A stretch of 64,000 nt of DNA from Eledone cirrhosa (Eukaryota). Shown one piece after another: positions 24,077 to 37,726 of the stretch. The translations under genes were made by a program, and so were the position numbers. Every line of letters begins with the position of its first letter. Within the stretch, counting starts at the first letter, position 1. The notes beneath the pieces were generated by a model. It was not told the origin of the DNA, made no database searches, and saw only the letters and a program-made list of their open reading frames with translations. The stretch covers positions 390,538,001-390,602,000 of the forward strand of contig OZ024741.1 of assembly GCA_964016885.1 (NCBI GenBank). The letters are read 5' to 3'.

Positions 24077-25394
24077 CTGAAATAGATGATGGCAAGTGAA
24101 CAAAATTAAAAATACAACTCTTCATGAAACACAGGTATTAAATATTTAACCCTATATTTCTAATGGACAATACCTCCTATGGTATACAATAAATTCTGAA
24201 AATAATCAAGAATTTTGAGAGATTTAGCAATGTAACTAACATTTTCATTATTATTCTTTTTACATAAATTTATCATGGATGTTTCAAATTTAAATATAAA
24301 TAGTATCAGGAGTGGCTTGGAACCAAAAGAGTTAAGGAATTCAATCTGATAAAAGGGGTGGCCCAAAATAAAAACACTAATTTGTAAGTTCAGAAATGGA
24401 TTTCTGATAATATCAGTATAGTCTTTCATTTTCTAGTCAATAAAATGTTCTATTGGATAGCTGAGTATTATGTATCATCATACATTTGAATTTCTGTGAT
24501 GAGTTAAAATTAGAACATTTCCAGGCTACTAACTTTATCTTTCATGTGCTTCTCTTCTACATTATTCAATTCCCCACTCACAGGCTACCTTATTCCTACA
24601 TGCATATATATCCAGGGGTTGGGTTTGAACTCATGTAAGTGTATATGTGTGTTGGGCTTATATCGGCTCTGACAATGAGTGTTCTAGTTGTACAGAAAAC
24701 AGAATAGCCTGTCAGTGAAATTAATATGCAAGTGGTTGGGCAACCTACAGCAGATTGAAAAAAAGTATCCTGTTCAAGGATACAATGCACCACTAGGAAT
24801 CAAACTAATGACAATCATAATTTCAACACCCTAACCACTAAGCCACACAAGAATGCAACTACATAATATATTGCTTATAATATTAAAACTAATACATTGA
24901 AAACATGATTATATTAAGTTGGGGATAATTTCTGTCAGAGGAGTACTAAAACCCCTAATACCAGTGTGTACAAAATTAGAGGTAACCACTCAGCAACCAT
25001 AATTCTTCATGCTAACTTGATAATCCCTCAGTGGTTAATTCTGATTATCACTTGACTAGTTTTTAGTTTTTAAACAAATCAACTAATTTCATTAATTTAA
25101 AACTACGTGACATTTGCTCAAGTTTTTTTATGTTCAAGAAAAACATTGACATTAATCATAAGGATGAGATATAAAAGTCTTTGACAGTTAAATAATCTAG
25201 AATTAGAGTTATTTTGAATATATAACTGACTCTGGCTGTGAGATGGATGTCAGGATTGCTCAGTTGTGGAGTGCACTTCACTCTTTGCAGAGGGTGTAGA
25301 AGGTGGCCATTAACAAGGACACAAAAACATGGGTGTTTCTGTACTGTATAGAAACAATTCTTCTGTACAGTTTGGAGTCATAGATGTTGAATAC

Positions 25395-25777
25395 AATTTG
25401 CCACAAGAGACTCAATGGTACATGCACCAGAATGCTTTTATGGTCGACATACAACTTCTAGAGACGTCACCCAACAAACAAGTCTCTGTATGGATCACTG
25501 CCCTGGATTTCTGATGTTGTGGTGTCGTCACCTGGCCCTTGCTGGTCATGTTACTCACTATGATGAACCCACTGGAAAATTACTCCTCTGGAGTCCAGAT
25601 GCAAAGAGATGATTTGGACGGCCATATATCACCTTCAAATCAATCATCGAAACAGACACTGACCTCAAAGGAACGGATCTGTGTGCTGCAATAGTTGACC
25701 AAGGACTCTGCAGCTCAAACTTTGTCAATGCCTCACCACTGCTTCAAGGCATTAAATGACTCAAGAAGAAGAAGAAG
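25395..25777 (+). mobile_element. Old RTE-clade LINE 3' fragment, (GAA)n tail ending ~10 nt from the exon donor
   Basis: LALAGHVTHYDEPTGKLLLWSP motif; related fragment at 50140-50575 (-). Confidence 0.7.
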
Positions 25778-25787
25778 TATTCCTTAC

Positions 25788-25918
25788 CTTGGAAAAAATA
25801 CACTTTCAACTACAGCAAAGTCTTGTAAGAGTACATCACGTTCTGGTTTGGATGAGAGTCCACCAACACTTTGACCAATCCCCAGTTGGATGGCGGCCAT
25901 CAATTCTGAGGTCGGTTT
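25788..25918 (-). CDS. PIP5K1: PIP5K1 coding exon (131 nt, phase 0-2): [43 protein letters not shown]
   Basis: Acceptor ttgatag, donor AG|gtaagg; AIQLGI and KPERDVL.QDF motifs. Confidence 0.96.
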
Positions 25919-28004
25919 CTATCAATAAAAACAATAACTTCATTTAAAATACAAAAAATTCTAAGAAAAGGAAGCAGCAGGGACCATCAAAACTACCAGC
26001 TCATCAGAGTATAGAATATCTTGTTGCATACCTCCCAAGAGTCTTTGGAGTAACATTACTCAATAAGGTGTGTAGATCAAAGATCTGAGAGTCACTCCAG
26101 TTAGTGCAGCTACTTCTCCAAATTGAGAGATCTCTGATACTATGGGCATGTGGTTAGAATGTCTCAGGAAAGAAACGCTGGATAGATTTTATGTGCAAAA
26201 CCAACAGGTAGGAGACCCACGGGTAGATTCTGATTAAGATAATTAGATAACATCCATGAGCTTAGCTGGTCTCGTTTGGTGATCCAGCCAGATCAATTGA
26301 TGATGGTTGCTTCTGACAGGACCCACTGGAATCCATGCATGAGGATTCTACTCCCATGATCCTCCCACGGAGGAGGAGAAAAATAAAGAGGAGAAAAGGA
26401 GAAAGAGAAATAGGAGAAAAAGAAATGAAAAACTGACAAAAGGCAGCTAAGTAGAAAGAAATTTTGAGGATAAGCCAAGGCTAACAGAGAAAAATAAATA
26501 TTGATCTCTTATATAGGCTCACAGCCAAATATTTATAGAAGAGAAACATTTAGTTGTGGTGTTCAATCAGTTCCCTAAGGCATTAGCAATGTAGGTGAAG
26601 TGACCTCAATCATATACCCAAGCTAGGTTTACTGCTGATCACCAGGGCATAACCTTTATTCTACTGCGATTGCCAATGTGAAAGATCAAATATTGAAATC
26701 AGTTTTATTAAGTTATTCTTTAACACTATTCTGCCTTACAGTATCCTTATTTATCATTCCTCAAGAGTTTGGAGGAGTTTCTGGTAGGAATGGGTTTAAT
26801 ACACACAAGGCTGTGTGTTTGTGTACAATTGTTTTGATGAAATTATTAATCAATAGAATTGAATAAAATGTTTGCAAACAACATTAATGAAGAGGATAGT
26901 GAAAATATAAATTTGATTGAATTTAGGCTCTGTTCCATTCTCTAACCTAAAAGAGTGCTGTAAATAATTTTTCAAGATTATTACACTATTAATTTCTTTA
27001 CAGACCAATCACCACCTCCACCACTAACACTTTGTATGTAAGCAATGTGAGAGAAAGAGAGAGATTTATAGTCATACATTTGCAAAAAGCTTTAACAAAG
27101 TTATTTAAATAAAGATTTCATCATCATCATTTTATGTCCACCATCCATGCTGACATGAGTTAGACGGGTTGCCACAGTTCAAGGTTAGACTGGGTTGGAG
27201 AGACATATATTCCATATTTAGCATAGTTTTTATGGTTGATACACTTTTTAACACCAACCAAACTTCAGGATGCATTTTATTGTGACACCCTGTACATCCT
27301 CATTAGGATGGGCATTCCAATTGTTAATTGCAGCACCCCATTTGCTCTGAACCTTACAAAGATGAAGCAGCAACAAGAAAGAGATTTGTACTTTTCTTTT
27401 TAAAGACATAAAAGGAATAAACAGAACAATAAAGCTGATAATCATAACAATGTTTTGCTTGAGATAAAACACAATATGCATCACAAACATTTTATTCATT
27501 AATATTGTTAGAAGAATTGTAATGCACTAATTTATTATGACTGTTCTAGTCAAAATTATCATAATTATGGATGCAAACACCAATTTCATAGGCCAGAAAT
27601 ATTTGATTACCATATTTGATTACCATCATTACCATATTTCTAATGAAAGACACTGTGTATGTTATTAACCCTTTCATTACCAAGTTTCTCATGAAAGACA
27701 TTGGCTATAATTTCCAAATCATTTTGAAAATATTTTTCAATATATATATATAAGAGACTCTTTTTTTACCAAAGAATTTTATGTCAGAAAATGCTAGTGT
27801 CATATACACTGTTGGTATGAATGTAATAATAGAAAATATATGTATACAGAAGTCATGTATAAATATAACAGTCTATTAACTTTTCTCTCAAATATATATT
27901 TTTCAAAATAAGGGTGTAGCTTATATTTTAAAAAATACAGTGATAAGGGGCTTGTTCAAAAAATATATTGCAGTCTCCATTCCATGCTGCAAAAACTAGT
28001 GATG

Positions 28005-29535
28005 GGCCAGCTCTGGGAGGCATAGATGGATGCACAAAGATTGCACATCCCGAGAGCCTAAAGAGAGTCCAGAAGGGAGAAAACCTTAACAGTTGGAACC
28101 TGGGACATTATAACCCTTACAGGTAAGGAGCAGGAACTAGTGGAGAAATCTAGATGCTACCAGATAGATATAGTTGGGGTTTCCTCAACAAAGTTCTCTG
28201 GTTCTGATACTGTAGATTTGGATGGAAGATGGAAACGCTACTATTCAGGTGTGATGCTATAAATGACTGCACAGGTGGGAGTGGGGATACTCACAAGGCG
28301 CCAGCTGTCAGAATGTGTTATGGACTGAATTCCGTTAGGAAGGAGGATTTGCCTCTTGAAGCTAAGGCTAAAAGATAAGTCTCTGTGCGTGGTGCAAGTT
28401 TATGCACAAAACAAGGAGTCCGAATACAGATCCTTCCTTGATCAAGTCACTGCAGTAATAGATATATTTAAGACAGAGCCATATATTCTGATGGGAGATT
28501 TCAATGCACATGTTGGCACTGACCAACTGACATGGAAAGGAGTGATTGGAAGGAATCGCAACCCCGATCTAAATATGAATAGAGAGGCCTTACTAGACTT
28601 CTGTTCTAACAATGGACTCTCTATTATGAACACCTTTCAGACAGAGATATCCATAAATATACATGGTATAAGGGGAATCTGGGACAGAGATCAATAATTG
28701 ATTTTCTTCTTGTCTCTGATCTCTTTGATTCGGTGCTGGATGTACATGTAAAGAGAGGAGCTGAGCTGTCAACTGATCACCGTCCAGTTATCTGCAACTT
28801 GAGACTAACTAAATCCAAGAAAGCCCACAAAACCGGCAGGTCCGGGGCACCCTACAGGATAAAATGAGAAGCATTGGTGGATAAGGCAGTCAGGACCAGT
28901 TATGCAGATACTATTGCATCTAAATTCAGAGAACTCCCTGGGGAAATTGAGTACACTGAGACAGAGTGGAGATTGTTCAGCCCAACAGTTTCTGCTTCAG
29001 CTGTAAAATATTGCAGGTGAAACAGACTCAGTGTGCCAGATGGCAGGAGGATCCCTTGGTTCAATCAAGAGGTTAAATATGCCCGCCAAGCAAAGAAGGT
29101 GGCTTACAAAGTTTGGCTTGGAAATAAGTCCTTCTTGCAATTGTGGTACAAGCAGACCTGAAGAATTGCAACAGAGACAGTAAATGCTTCCAAAGTTAAG
29201 ACATGGGAGGACTTTTGGGTTAAGCTGAAATCCTACTTCAGATCAGCAAATAAATTGTTCTGGTAGACCATCCGCCGACTTCGTAATAAGAAGTCCTCCT
29301 CCACATCTATCAAGAACGTGCCTGGGGGTCCTCCTCTCTGGAGAGAGGTGCATCCTCGTGAGGTGGGGGAATACTTTGCTGATCTCCTACACCCAATTAC
29401 AACAGCATCTTTTCATGTACACAAGGTGCATCTGGGAGTGGTGAATAATCTCAAGGAGGCTGAGGTCACAAAAGCAGTTAAAAAGCTAAAATCCAGTCTG
29501 AGATTTTAAAAGTCTTAATTAAAGAAGATATTCTC
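28005..29535 (+). mobile_element. RTE-clade LINE 5' part (APE + linker), same family as 61418-63918
   Basis: LTVGTWDI.TLTGKEQELVE, VVQVYA, LMGDFNAHVG, LLDFCSNNGLSIMNT; many stops. Confidence 0.92.
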
Positions 29536-29536
29536 A

Positions 29537-29985
29537 TCTGTAGTATATACCTGTTTTATAAACTGTAGTATATCTATGTTTTTTTACAAACTGCAGTATA
29601 TCTGTTTTATAAACTATAGTAAATCTACTTGTTTCACAAATTGAGGTATAAATTTATATTTTATAAACTAATATATCTATGTGTTTTATAAATTGTTGTA
29701 TATTTATGTGTTTTATAAACTGTACTATATACCTGTGTGTTTTATAAACTGTACTATATACCTGTGTGTTTTATAAACTGTACTATATACCTGTGTGTTT
29801 TATAAACTGTACTATATACCTGTGTGTTTTATAAACTGTACTATATACCTGTGTTTTATAAACTGCTATATATATTTGTGTTTTACAAACTGTATAATAT
29901 ATTTATGAGTTTTATAAATTGCAGTATATTTGTGTTTTATAAACTTTGGTGCATCTATGTTATATTTTATAAACTGTAGTATATG
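29537..29985. repeat. Minisatellite, left arm (core TTTTATAAACTGTA.TATAT; ~5 copies of a 29-bp unit near 29708-29860)
   Basis: Visible tandem units. Confidence 0.92.
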
Positions 29986-30039
29986 TTGTTGTTTTTTGTT
30001 TTGTTTTTTCGGGTGGTTAAGGATAGTGATGCAATTGCA

Positions 30040-33000
30040 GAGCCTCTCCTGTCCAGGGGAAGTCACTGCTGCCATGTCAACAGCTTGCTGTACGCACATG
30101 CATGTGGCCTCTCCTCAACTGTGGATCCAGCAACTCCTTCCCATGCTACCTCCTGTTTTTACATAGCTTGCTGCAGGCATGACTGGGTACTCAGCGGTAT
30201 AACTGAGCGATGGGCAGGCTGGGTCCAAAAAACTGTGACTCCAAACCCCCAATGCCTCCAGGATAGGCTTTTGAGCCAGAGGCTAGAAGGGCACTCTGAT
30301 GTAAAACCTACAGGCTGGCAATTACCCCAGTCGTCTCAGTATGCTGAGCCACTGGGGAAGGACTTCATGTCCTAAAGAGTGGGATTGGTTTACGTGCACT
30401 GACTCTCACTTAAAAATCCACTGAGCACAGACAGGAAGTAGTTGTCTAAAAGTCCTACAGTGATGGAGAAGGGGCGAACTGACAGATACTAGATGGACTG
30501 GAAGTCGCAGTCTCAACTTCGCATGAAAGCGGCTGAGATGTGTGGGTCAGTTGCATGCATTCGGCAGCAATCTGGCGACCAAGCAGCTCTCTACAGGGAC
30601 AGCATTGCTTGCTCTACAAAGAGAAAGATTTAGAAAAGGTGGTCTAAAAAACTTGTCGCACTTTCACCTGGTTGGCTCACCACGGCCAACTGGCATCTCA
30701 TTACAGCCAGCAATAGAAGCAAGTTGATAATTGAAAAAACGAGAAGCTTTAAACTGACATGTTGGAATTTTGCACCATGCAGGATTCTGACGACAACTGC
30801 CCACAGAGGCGCTCAGCATTAGTAGCCATGGAGCTAGATAGACTGAACATTGATATTTCTGCCGTGAGCGAGGTTCACCTGGCCGAGCAGGGGTCCCTGG
30901 TGTTACACAGTGCAGGCTACACCTTGTACTGGTCTGGCAGGTCCAAAGACGATCACAGGCTGTCTGGAGTTGGTTTCATAATAAAAAAGAAAACAGCATT
31001 GCTAACCATCTTGAAGGTCTCCCAGTTGGTCACTCTGACCGACTGATGTATTTCCGTCTTCCCTTGCAAGACAACCAATTCCTCACCATCATTAGTGTCT
31101 ATGCACCAACGCTGCAAGCAGACCCGACTACAAAAGAATTCTTTTACAGTGAACTGAGGTCACTCGTCCAGGAAACCAACAGCTCTGACAAAATTGTCAT
31201 CATGGGCGATTTCAACGCAAGGGTTCGCAGAAATCATGCTGCTTGGCCTGGCGTGCTCAGACGACATGGGATAGGCAATTGCAACAACAACGGCCAGTTG
31301 CTCCTTGAGCTATGCACTGAGAACTTCCTGGCCATTACCAACACCCCCTTTCCAGCAAAAAAACAGGTTCAAAACATCATGGAGGCACTCATGCTCCAAG
31401 CATTGGTACCTACTGAATTATATCCTTGTGTGCCAGAGAGATTCGAAAGATGTGCTGAATACCAGAGTTATGCCAAGTACTGACTGACACTGACCATTGG
31501 CTCATACAATCAACCCTCAGATTGACAATCAAGCCCACAGTGAAGAAAAGAACCCCACAATTCAAGAAAATCAATGTTGATCACTTCCCCTTGCTGAAGA
31601 GGAAATTTCAGGAAGAGTTGGAAGTTAAGCTGAACACCATTGTAGCTACCAACGCCGAACCAGTGACTTATTGGCAAAACCCAAAGAAGATGCTGCAGGA
31701 CTCAACAGCAGAAGTGGTGGGTTTCTCTACAAGGAAGAACTAAGACTGGTTTGACGAGAATGATGATGAGATCCAAAAGCTCATTGATGAGAAACACTCT
31801 GCATACCGAGGAGTGCTGTCGAGTCCGAATAGCCAGTCAGCCAGGTCAACATACAGGAAAACCTGCAGCACCCTACAGAGGAAGCTTAGGGAGATCCAGC
31901 ATAACTGGTGGACAGAACAGGCCAAGAGAATACAGCACTATGTGGATACTGACAAAACCAGAACCTTCTATGAGTCACTCAGGGAAGTCTATGGCTGCAT
32001 TCACCAAACACAAGCCCTTCTCCGTTCAGCAGATGGGTCAGCACTGCTCGCCGACCAAAAGGCCATCCTGAGCCACTGGACTGAACACTATGGCAACCTA
32101 TTTAGTGACAAACGCTCAGTAGCAAACACTTTGATCAACTACATCTCACAGCAGCAAGTCAAAAATGAGCTGGATGCACCATCCTCCTTAGAGGATGGTA
32201 AAGACTGCAATCACCCTCATGAAAACACACAGGAATCCTGGTGTTGACAGAAGTCCCGCAGAGGTATACAAGTATAGTGGTGGCCCACTCCTTGAGAAGC
32301 TCACGGACCTGTTTATACAGTGCTGGTCAAAGGGAGAGATACCAACAGACCTCCCTGCACAAGAACAAAAGCCAAAAATCAGACTAATCAAACTACCGTG
32401 GCATCACGTTACTTTCAACCATAGGCAAAATTCTAGCTCATGTCCTGCTCAATAGATTCATCCCAGCCATTGCAGAGGATGTCCTCCCAGAAAGCCAATG
32501 CAAATTCCATGCCAACTGCGGAACCATGAACATGACTTTTGTCCTTCGCCAGATCTAGGAAAAATGTAGAGAGCAAAATATGGCCTTGTATGCTGCCTTC
32601 ATTGACATGACAACGGTATTTGATACAGTCAGTAGAAATGGACTGTGCAAGTCCTCAGGAGACTTGGATGTCCGCCAACATTCCTGACCAGGCTCCAGCA
32701 ACTCTACACAGCACAGCAGGGACAGATGAAGCACAATGGTGGTCTCTCTGGTCAATTCCCCATCGAGAATGGCATGAAACAAGGCTGTGCCTTGCACCAA
32801 CCTATTTGCAATCTTCTTCAGTATGATGCTCCACAAAGCAAAGAAAGATCTGTGGGAGGGCATTTACCTCTGGTTCCATACTGGTGGGAGTCTGTTAAAC
32901 TTGCGACGACTTCTTGCCTGCACCAAAATACTGGAGGAGTTGATCCTGGATCTGCTGTTCGCAGACAGCTGTGCCCTTCTGGCACACATGGAGGAAGATC

Positions 33001-33947
33001 TCTAGGTAGCCGTCAGCTGCTTTGCTCAGGCAGCCAAAGCCCTTGGCCTGACCATCAGCCTCAAGAAAACGGAAGTCATGTGCCAGAAGCCAACAAATGA
33101 AGAGTACCACTCTTTGCAGATTAATATCAACGGGCACCCCCTCAGTGCAGTGCAGCACTTCACATACTTGGGAAGCATCATTACCAAACAACGCTACCTT
33201 AGCAAAGGACATTGACAACCGCATTGCCATGGCCAGCAGCTCATTCGGACGTTAGCAGAAACGCATGTGGCAGAACCACTCTCTATGCCTCACCAGAAAG
33301 ATCTGAGTCTACAAAGTTGTTGTAATCACTACCCTCCTCTACAGAGCTGAAAGCTGAGTCCTGTACCAGAAGCAAATCAAGTTACTGGAAAGATTCACTC
33401 CATTGTGGGCATCCGTTGGGAGGACTTTGTAACAAATGAGGAAGTTCTCAAGAGGGCCGATATGACAAGCATTGAGAGCATGCTGGTGCTGAGACAGCTC
33501 CGCTGGGCAGGTCATGTCTCGTGCATGAACGACTCTAAGATGCCGTAAGCAGTTTTCTGCGGTGAACTATATCAAGGCAATTGAAACCATGGGGCCCCCC
33601 AAAACGCTTCAAGGACTAACTCAAGTGCCAGCTGATCCAAGGCAATATTGATCACAAGGAATGGGAATACTTGGCAGAGGACAGAGAGAAATGGAGAGTA
33701 ACCATCAAAACAGCTGCAGCCAGCTTTGCGGAGGGCAGGAAGGCGGTGGCTGAAGACAAACATCAAAGAAGAAAGCTGTCCTCAACCCAACCACCAACTA
33801 ACCAAATATACACTTGTCCCAACTGTACCAGAGCCTGCAAGGCCAGGTTTGGCCACTACAGCCACCTCGGGGTGTGCCACCACACAGAATAGGACAATAA
33901 TTCTTCCCACTGATCTTCGCAAGTGGAGAATCCTCCATTCCATTCCA
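30040..33947 (+). mobile_element. Near full-length degenerate RTE (BovB/RTE-1-like) LINE inserted into the minisatellite
   Basis: ~700-nt 5' region; APE ELDRLNIDI...SEV, ISVYAPT, MGDFNARV; RT G.KQGC.L.P, LLFAD.CAL; C-terminal C2H2-like YTCPNC..C....G..SH...CH; (ATTCC)n tail ~33932-33947. Confidence 0.93.
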
Positions 33948-34357
33948 TATCTGTTTTATAAACTTTAGTATATCTTTGTGTTTTAGTAACAGTAGTATAT
34001 TTATGTGTTTTACAAATTGTAGTATATGTTTTCTAAATTGTCGTGTATATGTTTTCTAAATTGTCGTATATGGGTTTTATAAACTGTAGCATATCTCTGT
34101 TTTATAAACTGTAGCATGTCTCTGTTTTATAAACTGTAGCATGTCTCATCATCATCATCATCATCATCATCGTTTAATAAATTGTTTTATAAACTGTAGT
34201 ATATCTGTGACTTATAAACTGTAGCATGTCTCTGCTTTATAAACTGTCATAGATATCTATGTTTTATAAACTGTAGTATATCTATGCGTTTTATAACCTG
34301 TAGTATATGTATTTTACAAATTAAAGTATAAATTTATGTGTTCTACAAAGTGTAGAA

Positions 34358-34625
34358 CAGGGTGAAGCATAAAGATTTGCCACATTTGGAGCAGCCCATA
34401 TGGCAGGACAGATCTCATTCGGTAGGCTAGGCTCCATCATTTTCAGTGCCCATCATGAATTGGACAGATGAATATCGTGGCTTTGATGTTGGTTCAAGAA
34501 TTAACTGAGTCAAATCATGCCAACCGCAGAGCCGTAAATTGATGCAATTCCACCTGATTGACCCAGATAGTCGTAGAGAACTTCAGGGAATCACTCCATA
34601 TTGCCAAGGGCAGCTGCCATGTCAG
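34358..34625 (+). mobile_element. Possible Tc1/mariner 5' fragment
   Basis: Starts CAGGGTG (mariner-type TIR start); ATG at ~34456 reads MNWTDEYRGFDV, like the N-terminus of some mariner transposases; no DDE/D domain seen. Confidence 0.35.
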
Positions 34626-35443
34626 ATATAATTTTTTTTAAACACTTTTTCTGTACTTTTTAGATATATGTGGGTGTGGGTGTGTGGTGGTGGTGGTGTG
34701 GGTGTGGGTGTGTGATAACTTTTTTTTATTTTATATCCTTTCAAAGTGTGAGAGGTCTTAATGTCGAAACCTATATATCTTTGTATTACAAACTGTAGTA
34801 AATATCTAGGTGTTTTAACAAACTAATATATTTATGAGTTTTACAAACTGTAGTATATCTGTGTGTTTTACAAACTGAAGTATATGTGTTTTACAAACTG
34901 TAGTATATGTGTTTTACAAACTGTAGTATATGTGTTTTACAAACTGTAGTATATGTGTTTTACAAACTGTAGTATATGTGTTTTACAAACTGTAGTATAT
35001 GTGTTTTACAAACTGTAGTATATGTGTTTTACAAACTGTAGTATATGTGTTTTACAAACTGTAGTATATGTGTTTTACAAACTGTAGTATATGTGTTTTA
35101 CAAACTGTAGTATATGTGTTTTACAAACTGTAGTATATTTATGTGTTATATAAACTGTACTATTTTTATGTGTTTTATAAACTGTACTATATCTATGTGT
35201 TATATAAACTGTACTATATGTGTTATATAAACTGTACTATGTTTATGTGTTATATAAAGTGCACTATATGTGTTATATAAACTGTACAATATTTATGTGT
35301 TATATAAACTGTAGTATAAGTATGTGTTTACACATACATATACTACACTATATATCTATGTTTTATAAACTATAATATATCTGTTTTATAAACCCTAGTA
35401 TATATTTATTTTACAAACTGTAGTATATTTGTTTTACAAAATG

Positions 35444-35586
<143 letters not shown>

Positions 35587-36809
35587 TTATAAACTGTAGT
35601 ATAAATATATATCTGTTTTATAAACATTAGTATATCTGTTTTTTATAAACTGTAGTATATATCTATGTGTTATATAAACTATAGCATATTTTTGCTCTTT
35701 TTAGAGTATCAAGAAGAAAAAGAAAATGGAAAACTATTTACATAGAATTGCTCCTCCTGCAAAGCATCTTTGATGTTACCAAAACTATTCCAAAAGAACA
35801 ATTCAGCAGGTTTCAGTAAATCCAAATACAACTTGGGATCTGAATATGATGGTCGCATTGATTGAGATCTTTCAGTTTCCATGTCAATGAGACTGCCAGA
35901 TTATCTCTGCTAAAAGCAGAAATATCTTCATCGAGATGGAAGTAGTCAGACAAAATATCCATTAACTGGGTATGCCCAGCAAATGTCTTTAGGATGCATC
36001 GCATTTACGGTAACTCAACAAAACATCCTTGAAGTCATCCGTCAGATGTAAAAACTTCACTTTGTTTTTCTTTTGTTTGGTTTTTAGGCCAACTGTTAAA
36101 TCTAGATTAACTGTTCACTAACTTTACATGTTCAGAGTAAAACAGCTGAATGTAACTTAAAATAGATAAATAATCCAGGTAGCAGGGATGGATTCTACGG
36201 ATTTACTACTGATCAATATATGCAATCAATATGAAATTTCAATGATACTGGTTCAGTAGCTGTTGTTGTAGTAGCTGTGTTGGTGGTGGTTGTTGTTGGT
36301 GGTGGAAGTTGTGGTATGTGTTGGTTGATGGTATGATAATACATGAAGTGATCATATATCTAAAATATTACATCATCATACGAGGCAAAAGTACAAAGTA
36401 CTAGAAAAAATTTACACAGCTTTAAACATGTGGAATGTGTTCATGTAAGAAAAGAAAATGAAAAAGTAATCTTCAATTAATGACATTCTTTTCCAGTTTA
36501 TTTCAAACAGGATGGTTTTAGTTATTGTATAATAAACCACTGCCCTTGTGTAGGATAACACCTAATTAACAAATACATTCAAACTAAAAACAAAAATGAG
36601 ATCATCGCTAACAGGATGTGTTTTTGAGAGATCTATCATATTGACATTTATAAATTACTGAGTGACTATGGTCTTACATTACATTGCATTGCATCTAGAG
36701 CTTTTCACTTATATCATGGCCTAGATATATCTCTAAGGAACAAACTGTCTGACAGTAGACAGCTTCAGGTGTATATGTCCATACGCATACATTTACAAAC
36801 ATACCAATA

Positions 36810-37089
<280 letters not shown>

Positions 37090-37614
37090 TGCAAATGTTT
37101 GTTTATATATATATAAACATTTGCAGCAGAGAGAGATTAGAAAGATTTATGATTTAGACATTTATATACAAAGATTATAAGGCCAAAGCAACAACAACAG
37201 AGCAGAAAGCCATTGCTTTACTGAAAGACAGACCAGTAATTTAATAAATTAAATGAAAAATGAGGCATCAGGAAGGATTATAGAGGAATTAAGAACAAGG
37301 TAAAAAAGAAGGAGGGCATAACCATGAAATTATCTAACTGGTAGGTATTAACCCAGTTTCATTAAAGGTAACTTGCACTTAAAATATTCACTTGCAAATA
37401 TAATAATTTGTCTTGGTGTTCATAAGAGGAGTAAGATGGAGTCAGTCACTCCAGCCTGTTTAGTCTTGGACTGTGACAAACTGTCCAGCCCATGCCAGCA
37501 AGGGATCAGATGTAAAATGATTACTCTGTGTGGGTGTGCACACACATGCGCATGTGGCATTGTGAATATCATCATCATCATGGCAATAGATTCACTAACA
37601 TTATTTTAATGATT

Positions 37615-37726
37615 TAAGTTCAAATCCCGCCAAGGTTAACTTTGCCTTTCATCCTTACGGGGTCGATAAAATAAAGTACCAGTAATGTACTGGGTAATTG
37701 CTGGCCTTGTGCCAAAAGTAGAAACA
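37615..37726 (+). mobile_element. 5'-truncated SINE family A, 15-bp TSD
   Basis: ATTATTTTAATGATT at 37600-37614 and 37727-37741; near-exact reverse complement of the 9461 and 12231 copies. Confidence 0.88.

Noticed and set aside
34886-35138. Regular 23-bp array superficially like a CRISPR array
   Set aside because: Head-to-tail units with no spacers, no cas genes, eukaryotic context.
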